DNA of 64,000 nt from the human T2T-CHM13v2.0 reference genome, Homo sapiens. The stretch is taken from the NCBI RefSeq assembly GCF_009914755.1, contig NC_060942.1; one strand, given 5' to 3'. Positions 46,470 to 62,512 of this stretch are shown here, one piece after another. The position numbers were made by a program, and so were the translations under genes. Within the stretch, counting starts at the first letter, position 1, and each line of letters begins with the position of its first letter. Under the pieces are notes generated by a model. That model saw only the letters and a list, made by a program, of their open reading frames with translations, did not search any database and was not told the DNA's origin.

Positions 46470-46995
46470 ACTCATTTGATCCACTATCCATGCTACAGAA
46501 ATAATCTTCCTAAAACACATACTCCCCTGTTTAACAACCTTAAACAGCTCTTCACTGCTGTTTAATAAAATCTCCCAGGCCCTGCACGAACTGCCCTCCC
46601 TGCCTCATCCCATCATTTCCCCTTCACTCCACACTCCCCAAATCCAGCCAGCTCCATCTCAAACACATCAATTTCTCATACACACAACCACGGCTCCATC
46701 TAGAAGTCAATCTTGCCTATTTGAACTCCTACTCATTTCTGAAATTCCATCTTAGATGCCACATTCCCTAGAAACAATCTCTGATACTTTTCACCAACCA
46801 ATCTGACCAGCATGTCCTCTGGCACCAGGAATCCCCAATTACAAGTATTACTGTGGTGTACTGTATATTTACTTGTCAATGTCTCCAACTCTACTGTAAG
46901 CTCCATGAGGGTCATTTACCATGCTCACCAATATAACCCAAGGGCCTAGCATTGCACCTAGCACAAAGCATGTGCTTAATAAACGTTTGCTGAGA
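46470..46995 (+). mobile_element. L2 3' fragment
   Basis: ctgtaagctccatgagggtc...gcctagcattgcacctagcacaaagc...cttaataaacgtttgctga. Confidence 0.65.
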
Positions 46996-47039
46996 AATGG
47001 GTTTTCTTGGTTAAGCAGCTGGTTAAAAATTAATTTTTC

Positions 47040-47507
<468 letters not shown>

Positions 47508-48637
47508 TCATAATAAGTTCCATGCTTGAATAATTTAAATGAAAATTATAAATGAAAAGGTAAACCAGGAACTAAATTCAAGTGAATGAGGTTAATAAGA
47601 AGACAATTATTAACAGGATTAAAGAAAACTAAAAATCCGTAACTGCTGCTCTTTCAGATGATCAGTCTATACAATCTTATAAAAACGTTATAGTCTACTC
47701 AAAATGTTATGAGCCTAAACACACTGAATCTGTTTAGAGCTTTACCTGGTTTTAGGGCTGCTACTTAAATAAACTGCATCTTACTCACTTGGCAAGCAGA
47801 AGCCAACAGGAGGAAAAGATGCTAAAATAAAATGACTACATTATAATAACATATTTTGAACATAAATCTCACTTATCTCCTATATGCCTGATAATAGACA
47901 AGATGAAGCACATTCAGATGCTTGTACGTGACTCTTCAGCACATTCAGATGATTCTACATGACTCTTGCAAAATATCAAAAAGCAGTGGCCTAAGTCTCT
48001 AAGAAAAAAAATAGTACAAAATGTTACCAAGCTCTCCATTGAGAAAAAAAAAAAAAACAGAGAAGACAGGAAGGACAAAACTACATGAAACGTGTTCATC
48101 TAACACCTTACTAAATTAGAATCAAATTAAAATGGGTTTTTAAAAACCACATTTTATAGAATGTAATAAATTTAGGCTCAGAGTCATTTAGGATGGTCTA
48201 GTTTCTACTCACACAGGTTGAGCCTATACTCTTAACACCTGTCAAATGAAATAATCAGACAAAATGTACCAAGATCCAAAGGTATAAGCAAAACAAGAAA
48301 GACGAAAGAGATATTGGAAAGAAGATAGTAATAACAGCAGCTGCAACTTTCTCTCTTTATAGATAATAGTTTACTGTCTGAGCACCAGATGACATCTACA
48401 TCAAGGCACAAAGAACAATCAGAGGTTTCAGCTTTTCTCAGCTCTAGCCTCCACTCAGCAACAGGATTAGAAAGCAATTTCCACAAAAATATTAAACATT
48501 TTCCATTTACATTAGTAGTGTATTCACTAATAAATGCTGTTGTTCTAATAGTAAAATAAAAAGTAAATGTGACTTACAATTAAAGAAGAAACACTTAAAA
48601 TTTAAGAACAATCTAATTATTAGCAGATTTTCTTTTA

Positions 48638-48787
<150 letters not shown>

Positions 48788-49125
48788 TCATTTTCACCAA
48801 TTATCAGGTGAGATCAAACAGACCATAATATTATCTTACTCTAAATTTTATGCGTTTTCATCAAAATTATCTGAAACTAAAATGTAAATAAATACTAGGA
48901 ATTACTTTCCACTGAAAGTAAGTTTCGTATATACTTCTATCACCTATCTTATGGAAATTTTAGGATTAGTTTTCCTTTATAGAGACTCCACTTTTCGAAT
49001 TTAAAAAAAAAAAATGAATGAGATAGGAGGTGTTACTTAGAATTTAAAATCCAAGTACTCATCCAAATTCTGCTCAGTTCAATTTCAGATCTGATTAATC
49101 AAAACAGCCTGTAAAACAATGTCTA

Positions 49126-49248
<123 letters not shown>

Positions 49249-50462
49249 TTACTAAAAGTTAAAGCACATTTTTTGTAGTTTAAAACACGTATTTTGAAAT
49301 ACTCAGAACTGATATCCACACAACCTTCAAACTATTAAAAATACTTAGACCTGGGGTTGACATAAGAGTATGAAACTTTTAACTTTTTACTTTACGTACA
49401 CCTGTCCAATTTGAAAATGTTTAAGTAAAAAGCATATCTTACTTCTGTCACATAAAATACAAAACTATAAAAAAAGAATTATGGAACTAGTTCAGACTCT
49501 GAAAACTACGAGAATTTAAGTGTACAAATGAATGCTTATATTTATACATGCAAATTATCTTCTTTATATTATTTCATTGACTCTTCCAAATTTATCACCT
49601 TCAAATGTTTATAATTCTCCACAAGCTCATGTGTAAAATATGACTTACAACATGAACATTTTTCTATCTATAAAAAAATCTCTAACCTCAAACTATTAAT
49701 AGCAAATATAAAAGGAACAAGATTATAATACACTATATATTTCTGGAGAACTTGAGCTTCTTTTTAATAAGCATATATTCACATATTATGTTTGTAATAA
49801 AGAAGTTTTTGTATATACATAAAAAAATCTTATATGTATAGACATGTGCACACGCACACACAAATGTTACCAGAACCCAAAACTGTAATTGATTATATAT
49901 TCGTTACAAGTATTTAACAACTTGCAGACAAATTTTCTCCTATATTCTCATTAGGAAAAACACATACACTCACATACTGATATTGAAGTGGAAGCTATCA
50001 CTGTAACAATCTTTAGCTCCTACTTAAAAAAAAAAATTTCCATTGCCCCCCAATATAGTGCATACCAAAATTATAAGGCATACTTTTGAAATGTTAACAA
50101 TATTGAAGGAATACTCTTTAACGAGTTTTTCTTGATCTTTTTTTTAACCAGGGCTTTCCACATTTTCTAGTCTTCTTTTCTGTAGTCTGTGTGATTGTTG
50201 TTAAAACTAAAAATATGTGGAATATGTTTTTTCAAATAACTCTCTCATTCCAGTTTCCACTAATGTCAAGACAAGAAGTGCTAACCATAAAAATCTTTTT
50301 ACATAAACTCAAAGTTATCATTTCTCATAAATATTAAAGTACATACATCACGTATGGGGAAAAATTCAAAACTAACCCAAAGAACAAAAGCCTATGGAAT
50401 AACAACACTACAAACAAAGCTAACAGTGTATTACACTAGTTGTTTTTAAAAATAAACATTTA

Positions 50463-50823
50463 TACACCATGGAATACTATGCAGCCATAAAAAAGGATGA
50501 GTTCACATCCTTTGCAGGGACATGGATGAAGCTGGAAACCATCATTCTCAGCAAACTATCACAAAGACAGAAAACCAAACACCGCATGTTCTCACTCACA
50601 GGTGGGAACTGAACAATGAGATCACTTGGACACAGGGCGGGGAACATCACACTCCCAGGCCTGTCACAGAGTTGGGGGTTGGGGGAGGGATAGCATTAGG
50701 AGAAATACCTAATATAAATGAGTTGATGGGTGCAGCAAACCAACATGGCACATGTATACCTATGTATCAAACCTGCACATTGTGCACATGTACCCTAGAA
50801 CTTAAAGTATAATTTAAAAAAAT
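50463..50823 (+). mobile_element. 5'-truncated L1PA 3' end
   Basis: ggaatactatgcagccataaaaaaggatgag...ccctagaacttaaagtataa; TSD AAAAATAAAC(A/G)TTTA at 50448-50462 and 50824-50838. Confidence 0.93.
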
Positions 50824-51051
50824 AAAAATAAACGTTTAAAGAAAAGGCATAGCTACAGTGTACTATTTTTCTTTTACCTACCACAAAAGTATTATTTGAT
50901 TAATTTCCCTAAGCAAGATGGTACAGATTGAAAATATGATGCATGCACTCAGTAAACAGAGGAAGGAACATGCACTTCACTATTGGAAGTACACTAATAT
51001 TTTAGAAAGAAGATAATTCTATCAAATGGCATTTTACAGGTCAAATAATAA

Positions 51052-51263
51052 TAAGGCATTAGCAAACTTCTTCTGTAAAGAACCAGGTTAGTAAGCATGT
51101 TGTTAGGCTTTGCTAGACACACACATATGGTCTCTCGCATATTCTTTGGTTTTGGTTGGATTTTGTTAACAACTCTAAAGATGCAAAAACCATTCTTGAG
51201 GGCTGTCAAAAAAAAGGCCACAGGCTGGATCTGGCGCATAAACCATAGTTGCCAACTCCTGCC
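51052..51263 (+). mobile_element. MER58-like hAT MITE
   Basis: gcaaacttcttctgtaaag...ttaggctttgc...catagttgccaactcctg. Confidence 0.75.
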
Positions 51264-51320
51264 AGTACCATATGGCAATCTAAAATTCTATTATCAGCAG
51301 TACAGCAATCATTTCCCTTA

Positions 51321-51431
<111 letters not shown>

Positions 51432-51574
51432 CTACAAACCAAAAAAAAAAAAAACCCAAAATTACATTTATCTGCTTCCAATTCTCCAATAAGATTTTAT
51501 AGTTTGTGCCCTATGAACAAAAGCTCAAAAAGTCAACTTATTTAAATAACCAACATAATTACAGGTAAATTCAC

Positions 51575-52824
<1,250 letters not shown>

Positions 52825-52895
52825 TTTGCAACAATGATGCAGTAGGTCAGGAAGGAACTTAAGATCTAAAATAAAGAGTCATCATGTCAAATAAG

Positions 52896-53190
52896 TTTTC
52901 CTTTTTTTTTTTTGTTTTTTGAGACAGGGTCTCACTCTGGTCACCCAGGCTGGAGTAAAGTGGTGCAATCTCAGCTCACTGCAGACTCGACTTCCTGGGC
53001 TCAGGTGATTCTCCTACCTCAGCCTCCCAAGTTGCTGGGACTACAGGCATGCACCACCAACCCCAGCTAATTTTTTGTATTTTTAGTAGAGACAGGGTTT
53101 CACCATATTGCCTAGGCTGGGCTCAAGTGGTCCACCCATCTCAGCCTCCCATAGTGCTGGGATTACAGGCAAGAGCCACTGTGCCCGGCC
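52896..53190 (-). mobile_element. AluJb-like
   Basis: poly-T then gagacagggtctcactctg...gtgcccggcc. Confidence 0.92.
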
Positions 53191-54051
53191 CCTCTCTTCT
53201 TAATATACATTTTTGCTAGGAAGTTATTCATAACCCATTAATCCATTAGCAACCTTACAAAGGTAACAGAAAACAACCATGTTCCCTAACATCTTTACAG
53301 GTAGTACCAGGCTAACCTGAGAAAAGCGACCCAGACCTATGACTCAAGATTTCCCTGTTGCTCCCAGAAGCCACCAGCTGGTATTCCCGTGGGCCTCTCC
53401 ATTCTTTCTTTTAGAAGACCCCAGAGCAAACAGCACTCTGGGACTTGCTGTCCAGCACCCCTTCAAAGCTACCCCCCAGACAAGTCCCTTACTGTCACTT
53501 CATGCTAGAACAGAATCTGAGGTGGCAAAACCAGCATCAGGAAAAAGGGACAAGAAAATAACAAAGATGAAGCTCCTTTCTCCCACTCACTGCTATCTTC
53601 CAGTCCTAACATGGACTCACAGAAGACGTATTAGAATGCCCTCTCCCCGCCTTCCTCCATACATCAGGGCACAGGAGTGACTACCAATGGCTTAGTACTC
53701 AGGGAAGTCCCAACCAGACCTGGTATGTGGCCAGTGAAGACTCTCCAATCCCCCTGCCAGCACTGTCATACAGCCCTGAACATTCAGTTTAGAAGAACAT
53801 AATGTGTTTCCCCATTAAAAAGCAAACAAACAAACAAAAAAACCGACTGTATTACATGTGGCTCTACCATACTACTACAGGCCTTGGCAAGTTAGTCTAA
53901 AATAAAACAGACAGATTGCAAACTTGAGTGAAATGAGAAAGTACAAAACACAGGAATGAATCCATGAAAACAGTGGACTAGTGGACAGCTTTCTTTATAG
54001 AATTCTCCATCAGTCCAGTATGCTATAGGTACAGTCCTAGCTAAAGACAGG

Positions 54052-54477
54052 AAAATGTATTTACAGCCGCTGCCCATTGCTGCCATTACCATCTGAGCTC
54101 CACCTCCTGTCAGATCAGTGGCGGCATTCAATTCTCATAGGAGTGCAAACCGTATTGTGAGCTAGGTGTGTGAGGGATCTTGGCTGGCTGCTCCTTAAGA
54201 GAATTTAACTAATGTCTGATGATCTGTCACTGTCTCCCATTACCCCCACATGGGATTGTCTAGTTGCAGGAAAACAAGTTCAGAGCTCCCACTGATTCTA
54301 CATTATGGTGAGTTGTACAATTATTTCATTATATATTACAATGTAATAACAATAGAAATAAAGTATACAATAAATATAATGCACTTGAATCATCCCAAAA
54401 CAATACTCCTGCCCTGATCCATGGAAAAATTGTCCTGTGAAACTGGTCCCTAGTGCCAAAAAGGTTGGGACCACTGC
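54052..54477 (+). mobile_element. MER1A-like hAT-Charlie transposon (partial)
   Basis: cagatcagtggcggcatt...ctagttgcaggaaaacaag...gtgccaaaaaggttgggaccactg. Confidence 0.8.
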
Positions 54478-54622
54478 AATAAATCAACGTATCTAGAAGC
54501 CAGATAAAGCCAGAACACAATTTCAAACCAGCCCTGAATCCCCATACTTCTCTCCCTCCCCAGGACATACACAAACTGAAAAATGTCACATAAAATACAT
54601 GATATAAAAATGTATCAAATTA

Positions 54623-54844
<222 letters not shown>

Positions 54845-56241
54845 TTAAGTCGAACTTTCGTGATATGCAAATGTCTATTTTAAAAGGGCTTGTAATTACA
54901 AGTAATTATATATCAACAAAGTACAATAAGTAGTCACAATTATACTGCCATTACTAGTAATAATTTACTTTTTCTACTAAAAATTCTTCGATATATAATT
55001 ATAATGATTTATTCAATGTAATAGTTATAAAATAAACATCAGAAACAAAAAATAATAACTACAAATGAGACAGACTCACTGAGATTAAATATCAGTAAAC
55101 TTCAATAAGTACATCTGCGAATTAAATCAATAACTCCTGTCTTCAAATCTAGTGAACTATTCTCAACCATAAAAAGTATCACAGACCGCTGACCACAGTC
55201 CAAATGTTAAGTTGAACCCACAGGAGAGTAATGACGCTCATAATGGAAGTGTGATAACACTACAATGTATCAAAATCTTCTCATATTAGGGGCCAAACAG
55301 ATTCCTGTCAAATATGAAAATACAAATACTTTTTCCTTATCTGGAAGGGATTAGGAATAAGGTCAGCTGAGTGGGGAGGTGGGAGACCTTTCAAGAAAAG
55401 AGTAAATACTGTATGCCACTAAACAATGAAATAGAGAAACAGAAAAACCACTGAGTGGACAAAGGTCACTGAGGCGGCAGATATTGAGACAACCATGTAT
55501 CTGTCACTCCTCTGATAGGTTCTTGAACTACCTGGAAACTGGACAAATTTTAAGCAATAATACAAGTTGCCAGGTTTTAAGAACTACCTATAAGACAACA
55601 ATTAAAACATGCATCATTAGGGTGGCCCTCCTACTACAGACTAGAGCAGGTTGCCTTCTGTATGCAGTCCTGCCACCTTGAGCCCCTGTATCATAACTTT
55701 TATCTCACTTTATGACAATTAATAATAAAGAATAATTGATAATAAGAGCTATATTCCCGGTTACACACTAAATGCTGAAAGGGCAGGGCCCATGTCTGTG
55801 TTGTGTGCTGCTACGTTCCCACAGCTCATAGATACATAGTAAGACACCCAATAAATACTTCCTGAATCAAACACAAAGTAGATATTTACTGCAATATTGT
55901 TAACTGATATCATCTCCAGAGGACTAATAAGTCAGGCAAACTTTCTCCCTCTCCATTTCCTGAGTTACCTCAAGAGAGCTTAGAAAGGCTAAACACCTAC
56001 CTAATAGTTTTCCTTTGTTCCTTACATTCTAAGCCAATGATATCTGTATTCACATCTGGGGTTGTCAGTTGAGAGACAGGTATAACCCCTAGCAAAGGTG
56101 GCTAGAGATGAGATATGTAAAGCATGTATTTATGCATCTTGTTCTCTGGTATATACATTTAGCATCTTTTTAGGTTTAGCACAGGATGCCAGAATCCAGT
56201 TATTCCTATACATGTATGTCATTCTTTAAAACTTTTGAGTA

Positions 56242-56582
56242 CAGTCATGTACTGCATAACAATGTTACAGTCAACAGTAGATCACATATGCAACAGTGGT
56301 GTCATAGGATTATATTACTATATTTTTCTAAACCTTTTCTATGTTTAGATACACAAATGCCACTGTGTTACAACTGCATATGGTATTCAGTACAGTAACA
56401 TGCTGTACAGGTTTGTAGCCTAGAAGCAATAGGCTATAGGATATAGCCTAGGTTATGTATGTAGTTAAGTTATTATTGCTTAGGTTTGTGTAAGGTACAT
56501 TCTATGATGTTCACACAAGGACAAAATCACCTAACAAAGCATTTCTCAGGATGCATCCATGTCATTAAGCAACGCATGACTG
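56242..56582 (+). mobile_element. Tigger3a (MER7A)-like MITE
   Basis: terminal inverted repeats CAGTCATG...CATGACTG; left flank TA. Confidence 0.85.
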
Positions 56583-57943
56583 TGTATTTATGTATAAGGT
56601 ACGCTATGAAGTTCTGAGAATATAAAGATTAGCCAACGGACAGGGTTCCTGTCTACATGGAGTTTATGGATGGGTTGATGGGATGGGGTAGAATTAATAC
56701 AATAAGGAAAACAAATATGTCATTCGAATTGTTTCAAATTCTATATAATAGAGACTTATCTTACCCAAAGAAAGATCTGGCCTTTCCTTGCACTATGCTC
56801 CTGGGGGTGTCCTGCCTTAGAATGTCTTTATTAAACTGAGGACCTTGGGCCCGAAAAACAAACAAGAAATGCCCCCTATTGTGTTAATTCTCCAAACTGG
56901 GGGTTTGTTCAAGTAAGGAGTACTACACTAGCATGTTAATTAACAGGGAACAGCTTTTCTGCATGTGTAGAAGACAACCCCTGAGAACACAAGCGCATTA
57001 ACTCCCTCTGCCCTACTTCTTCCTGGATCACCCATAACATTACTCTCTACAATACAGAGATATTTTAAAGACTATAATTTTCCTCCTTCCATTCTCTTAA
57101 TAGTTTAGTTAACTTCCACCTATTTCCTTATCTTTCAGTCCAATGATCTGTCTATAAATAAGCTGCTGTATTTTCCTGATGTAAGGTTTGGGAAACACAA
57201 ATTATCCATTGTGAAAAGAATGTCTGTCCATTCTTCCTAGCCTTTTCAACCAACTATTCCTCTTTATCCCTGCTTATCCATCTTGACTCAGCATTTTTTT
57301 CTTTTTTCAGTAAGGGAAAATCTAACCACTGTTACCTAAAAATAATAATAGAAAAGATTCATGTTGCAATGACAGAGAAGGAAGAAAAACAGTATCATTC
57401 TCCTTCTTTTCATTAATTAAAACAATGCTTATATTAATGGCAGTCAAAGAAAGGATACGTTTTCAGTTCCCCAAGTAAGAACACAGCTATATGGGATTAA
57501 AATACCTGCATAACTCTGGTATTTGAGACAACTGGCCTACTATACTTATGAAAAACTGAATATTCAGAACAGATGTTTACAAAAGGATCACTCTGGAAGG
57601 CTAACAATTTCTAAAGAGAAGATGGGAATGCACTATAATTTTTACCATCTATTTATCTCCATGGCTCTCCAACTTGCCTAGGGCACTACTGAGCGGCACT
57701 TAGTAGCAGTCCTATAACACAGGCTGATCTGGCAAGGAATAACTTGGCTGTAAAGTGGATGAAACGTCAGCAAGTACATACAAGACCTTGTATCTGCTTA
57801 GTTTCACGCATTGGTTTCCTCTAGTAATGGAATAACACCCTCCTTAAAAATTCTTTAGTTTTGTTTCAAATTATATATAGTTACTATACTTTCTTAGCAT
57901 GTTTCCATCAATCTTTGACGTTCACAAGATTACGTTGTACTCA

Positions 57944-58081
<138 letters not shown>

Positions 58082-59015
58082 CTAATAGATTTGTTTTTAA
58101 AGAGAAATTATTGTCTAATTGTATACATAACTTTTCAACTTGAAAATAAGAATTGTATTGTCCTATCAGCAACTCATAAATGTCTTTGGATTCAGTTGAA
58201 TAAAATCATTATTTTTTAAAATAACTTCTATGAGCCAAGGAGCCTAAATAAAACTGTATTTAAAAGAAAATACACATACATACAGGAGAACTTCAGGAAA
58301 ACATGCCAACCTTCTTGACACTTGCTGATTTTTCTATTTTCTAAGATTCTAATAGTGGCACCTCCCCTCGGTGAAGCACCTCACAGATCCTCAGCCCATC
58401 CCCACCCTAAGAAGATGGAGTGCTCTAAATGCTACACGCATGGAATCTGTGAGTCTCAAGGCACAAGGCCCAGGCTCTCTCTTCTAAAAGAGGACTGTGC
58501 TTATGATGGCATTTCTGAACTCCACCTTTTCATCCAAAAGAGACAGGAAACTGACTCCTTTAATGTCCAGAAGGATTGCTTTTTAAAAAAAAAAAAAAAA
58601 AAGCTGTTTCTAGGAGCATGTTAATTACGGTATCACTCTAATCATACATATGCATGGATAGAACTCATGAGGCAAGTTAGTTATGTAAGGTCTCCTTAAA
58701 AAGCACTGTTAGCTCTGCCTAAAAGCCTTTATATAAGGTTGAGTTCTATTTTTCACAGTCAATGCTGTGAATGCACCTCACTTTTTAACCTCCCACCCAG
58801 ATATATAAAATATATACAGACAAATTAGCTATCCTGGTTTAACTTTCTGCCAGAAACAAGACAGCCACCCACTTCCTGTTCACTTATCCCCAGCGCCTTC
58901 ACAGCTTCTCTTCATTTCTCTCACAACTTGACAGTTTAGCTGTTTGCATGCATTTAAATCAATCACACCCAGCCAAAGATAAATGGTATCATAAAAAGTG
59001 AATTTCACAGAATAC

Positions 59016-59132
59016 CTGTAGTATTGGGATGACAGGACAGAGAGATTCAATAAACTTGTTCCAGGTCAATGCTGTCATCATCAATCGTCCCTGAAGCAGG
59101 TATAACAGAATGGCCTTGGCAGCAGTGTTCAC
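59016..59132 (-). CDS. RTTN: Rotatin coding exon (probably exon 16), 117 nt
   Basis: gagcag|GTGAAC...CTACAG|gtattc; [39 protein letters not shown]. Confidence 0.93.
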
Positions 59133-59649
59133 CTGCTCAACAACACAGACCCGATAAACCAGTCAAATGAGATGTCCCGCTAGGTCACCTGACACACCTG
59201 GAACATTTTATAGCATGTGGAAAGATGCTATAATTAACATCTCTTTCTTTCAAATGTTCGTACTTCCACAGCATCATCTTACATTCTGTTCTGTTTTTCT
59301 TCCTTAATATTTCTAATTTTTTACCTTTAATGTACATTTGTCCCTTGAGTAAAAATTTCCCTAACTGAAATAATCTGCTTACTACCTGTACTGTATAGTT
59401 CTCTACATCTTAGATGAAAAATGTAAGTAAACTGATCTGAATTTTTTGAAATCAAGTGTGTCCTGTATTTTTATTCCCACATTTTATGTAACATTTATTT
59501 TTATTTAAATAACACTTCAACTGAACCAATGCACCAAAGACAGGTTTCTTTTCAGTTTCTCACCATGCTATCTAAACTATATTAGAATATCACCTTGATT
59601 TAGCTGAGTATCTAAGTTACTGTAATATTTTCACTCATGTTTAATGTCA

Positions 59650-59865
<216 letters not shown>

Positions 59866-60175
59866 CTATTTTAGCTTTTACTTCATTGAAACTTTTTTTA
59901 ACAAGACAGAATGAAAAAGATTCTCCTAACAGTTTCTTAGTTTGTAGGAGATACATATTATATTACTTTCTGCCACAAGCATAATCATGATAAATTAAGT
60001 AAACAAACGGCTGAGACAACCATAATCTCTTAAAGTTAATTCATCATGACAGACACAAAGGACATAAACACAGTAAGAAACTTATCCTAAGGTGTTTGCA
60101 TTTTACTTACAAAGGTTGGGAAAGAAAAATTCAACATGAAAAGACTTCAAGGACTTCAAGTTATGGGAGACATAA

Positions 60176-60320
60176 CTTTATATACTATATATATTTATAT
60201 TCTATATATATAGAATATAAAGAATACATATTTTATATATAATATACCTATTATATATAATTTTTTATGCTACATATTTATATCCTATATATGTGATATA
60301 TATATGATTATATAAAGTTA
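60176..60320. repeat. (TA)n-rich low-complexity tract
   Basis: degenerate TA repeats. Confidence 0.85.
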
Positions 60321-60949
60321 TCATCAATACAGCTATGTACCTAAAATACAATTACTTTGAACCAACACTTAGAGTAACTATCAGGAATTTTTTTCTCAAT
60401 ATGTGATAGAGAATAGTATTTTGTTAGCAGCTATTTAAGGTGAGAGGGGAAAAAAAGCTACTTGAAATATTAATGGAATTTAAATACAATATAGAAGGTA
60501 AAAATACAATAAATAATGAGTTACATGAATACTACTTTTTTTCATTCTGCAAATTTCTACTTCCTATTATCAACAATTCAAAGGTCAAAAAGTTACACAC
60601 ATACACTCACATATGTATTTGCATACATTATTTTTCTTTCAACTGTTAACTTCATGCCACAGACAGCAACTTCGTTCATATTACAAGGTTTTCAAAGATC
60701 TAAAGCCTCAGCCCTAAACAATAGCTGTCACCTACTTCCTTAAGATACTTATCTACCATCTAAACTGTGACTATCCCCTTCTGAAACCAAGATTTACTTC
60801 CTAAAATTGTCTTATTTTTCTCCAGCACCTTTATTTTTCTTCACATGATTATTCTAATCACCATATGACATATTCTAATGTGTCTATGGCCCTGGCTTTC
60901 TCCTCTTGATAACAATTCATTTTTCAGCTCTCCTTCCCACCACGAGTCC

Positions 60950-62512
60950 TCACAAGAGTTCGCTGTCCTCAGTCAGTACTTCCTCATTTGCCAAACCCTC
61001 TTCAATGCACATCAGCAGGACTTAGGTTCCTACCATTCCACAGGAGCTTCTCATAGAGGACACCAACAACCTCAACGATGCCAAATCCAACGTGTTCATC
61101 TCTGTTCTCATGTGACTCTTCCTTCTAACCTCTGTCTCCACTTCTGGCTCCCTCTGTTCCCAACTTCTAACTGGTTAGATCCTAGACAGCCTTCTCTTCC
61201 CTAGTCTCTCAGTAGTTGATCCTATCAAGGCTTGTGGCTTTAATATCATCTCTAAGTGAAAATTTTATACCTAATCTGGGCTCCACACTCCAAAGGTAGT
61301 GTGGTGCAATACTTAAGAATATGGGCTTTGGAGTGAGCCTATAGGGTTCAAAGCCCAGTTTCACCACTTTTAGTTGAATGACCTTGGACAAATTCAAAGT
61401 ATCTCCGTTTTCAGAAAGAGGTAGTACCTAGCTCACAGAGCTGTTAGGAGGATTCAATGAGATAATATACTTATAAAAGTACTTGATACATAAGAGTAAA
61501 TGCTCAATAAATGTTAGCTGCTATCATTATCAATGAAATTATTAGCATTAGCATTATTATATTTAACAGTCTACTTAACATATGCACTTGATATAAAAAG
61601 GCATGTCAAACTTAGGTTCAAAACAGAATTCTACCCAATCCACAATCCCATATTTGGGACATCAATCCAACTGCTAAATCCAAAACCTTAAAATTCATCC
61701 TTGATCACTCTCTATCTCCTACTCTCATTATCAGCAAAACCAATTAGCTCCACGTCCGTAATACCTCCTAAATTCATTTCCTTCTCTTCATCTCCACTAC
61801 ACCACCACATCTCATCAGGGCTACTACAATGAAACTGGTCTTCTTGCTTCCATCCTGACCCCCTACAATCCATTCCCCACAATGGGAGAGTGATCTTTTC
61901 AGAAAGATCATCAGATCACGTTAAAATCATTCATAGCATCTCACTGTACTTAGAATACAATTCATAGCTTTATAATGTTTGGCACCCTGCCTACTTTTCA
62001 GACCCAATCTGGTACCATTTTTCTATTATCTCATTATACTGCCCTTCTTTTTGTTCGTGAAACACGCAAAGTACATTCTCACCTGAAAAGCAGAGGCTTT
62101 TCACCTGTTGTTTCCTCGGGCTAGAAATTCTCCCTCCCTCCCTAGCCAGCCTACATAAATTTAGTCCACGTTACTAGTCATTCTCTAGTCCTTTATCCTT
62201 TCATTGTCTTTACAACACTATTTTATTTAAAACACTATATACATTGAATGTATATGCAGTGTTGTAAACTATATATATATATACATATTCTATACATATA
62301 GTGTTATAAAGAAAACTATATATACATATATACACACACACATACACATACATACTTTTTATGTATTTAAGGAATTTTTCTTAATTATTACATACATCTC
62401 TCTCTGTCCCCTATCAGAATATAAGCTCTCTGATAAGGCTCTTTTCTGTACTTTATATCACTACAGTCTAGCATATGGTAAAGTGCCCAGTAAATATTGC
62501 TAAATGAATGTT
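60950..62512 (+). mobile_element. L2 remnant with a nested MIR (~61295-61530) and a TA/CA microsatellite (~62230-62360)
   Basis: pyrimidine-rich L2-like body ending cagtaaatattgctaaatgaatg; MIR motifs gaccttggacaa...aggattcaatgagataat...tgctcaataaatgttagc. Confidence 0.65.

Noticed and set aside
53339-53680. 113-aa plus-strand ORF in a GC-richer patch
   Set aside because: No recognisable protein features; probably decayed repeat sequence, and the length is within chance expectation
59182-59195. AGGTCAccTGACAC resembling an estrogen response element
   Set aside because: The spacer is 2 bp rather than 3 and the second half-site is imperfect; likely chance
59189-59197. Candidate 9-nt microexon ttccag|GTGTGTCAG|gtgacc
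   Set aside because: It would leave only a 56-nt intron before exon 16, below the usual minimum, and the polypyrimidine tract is poor
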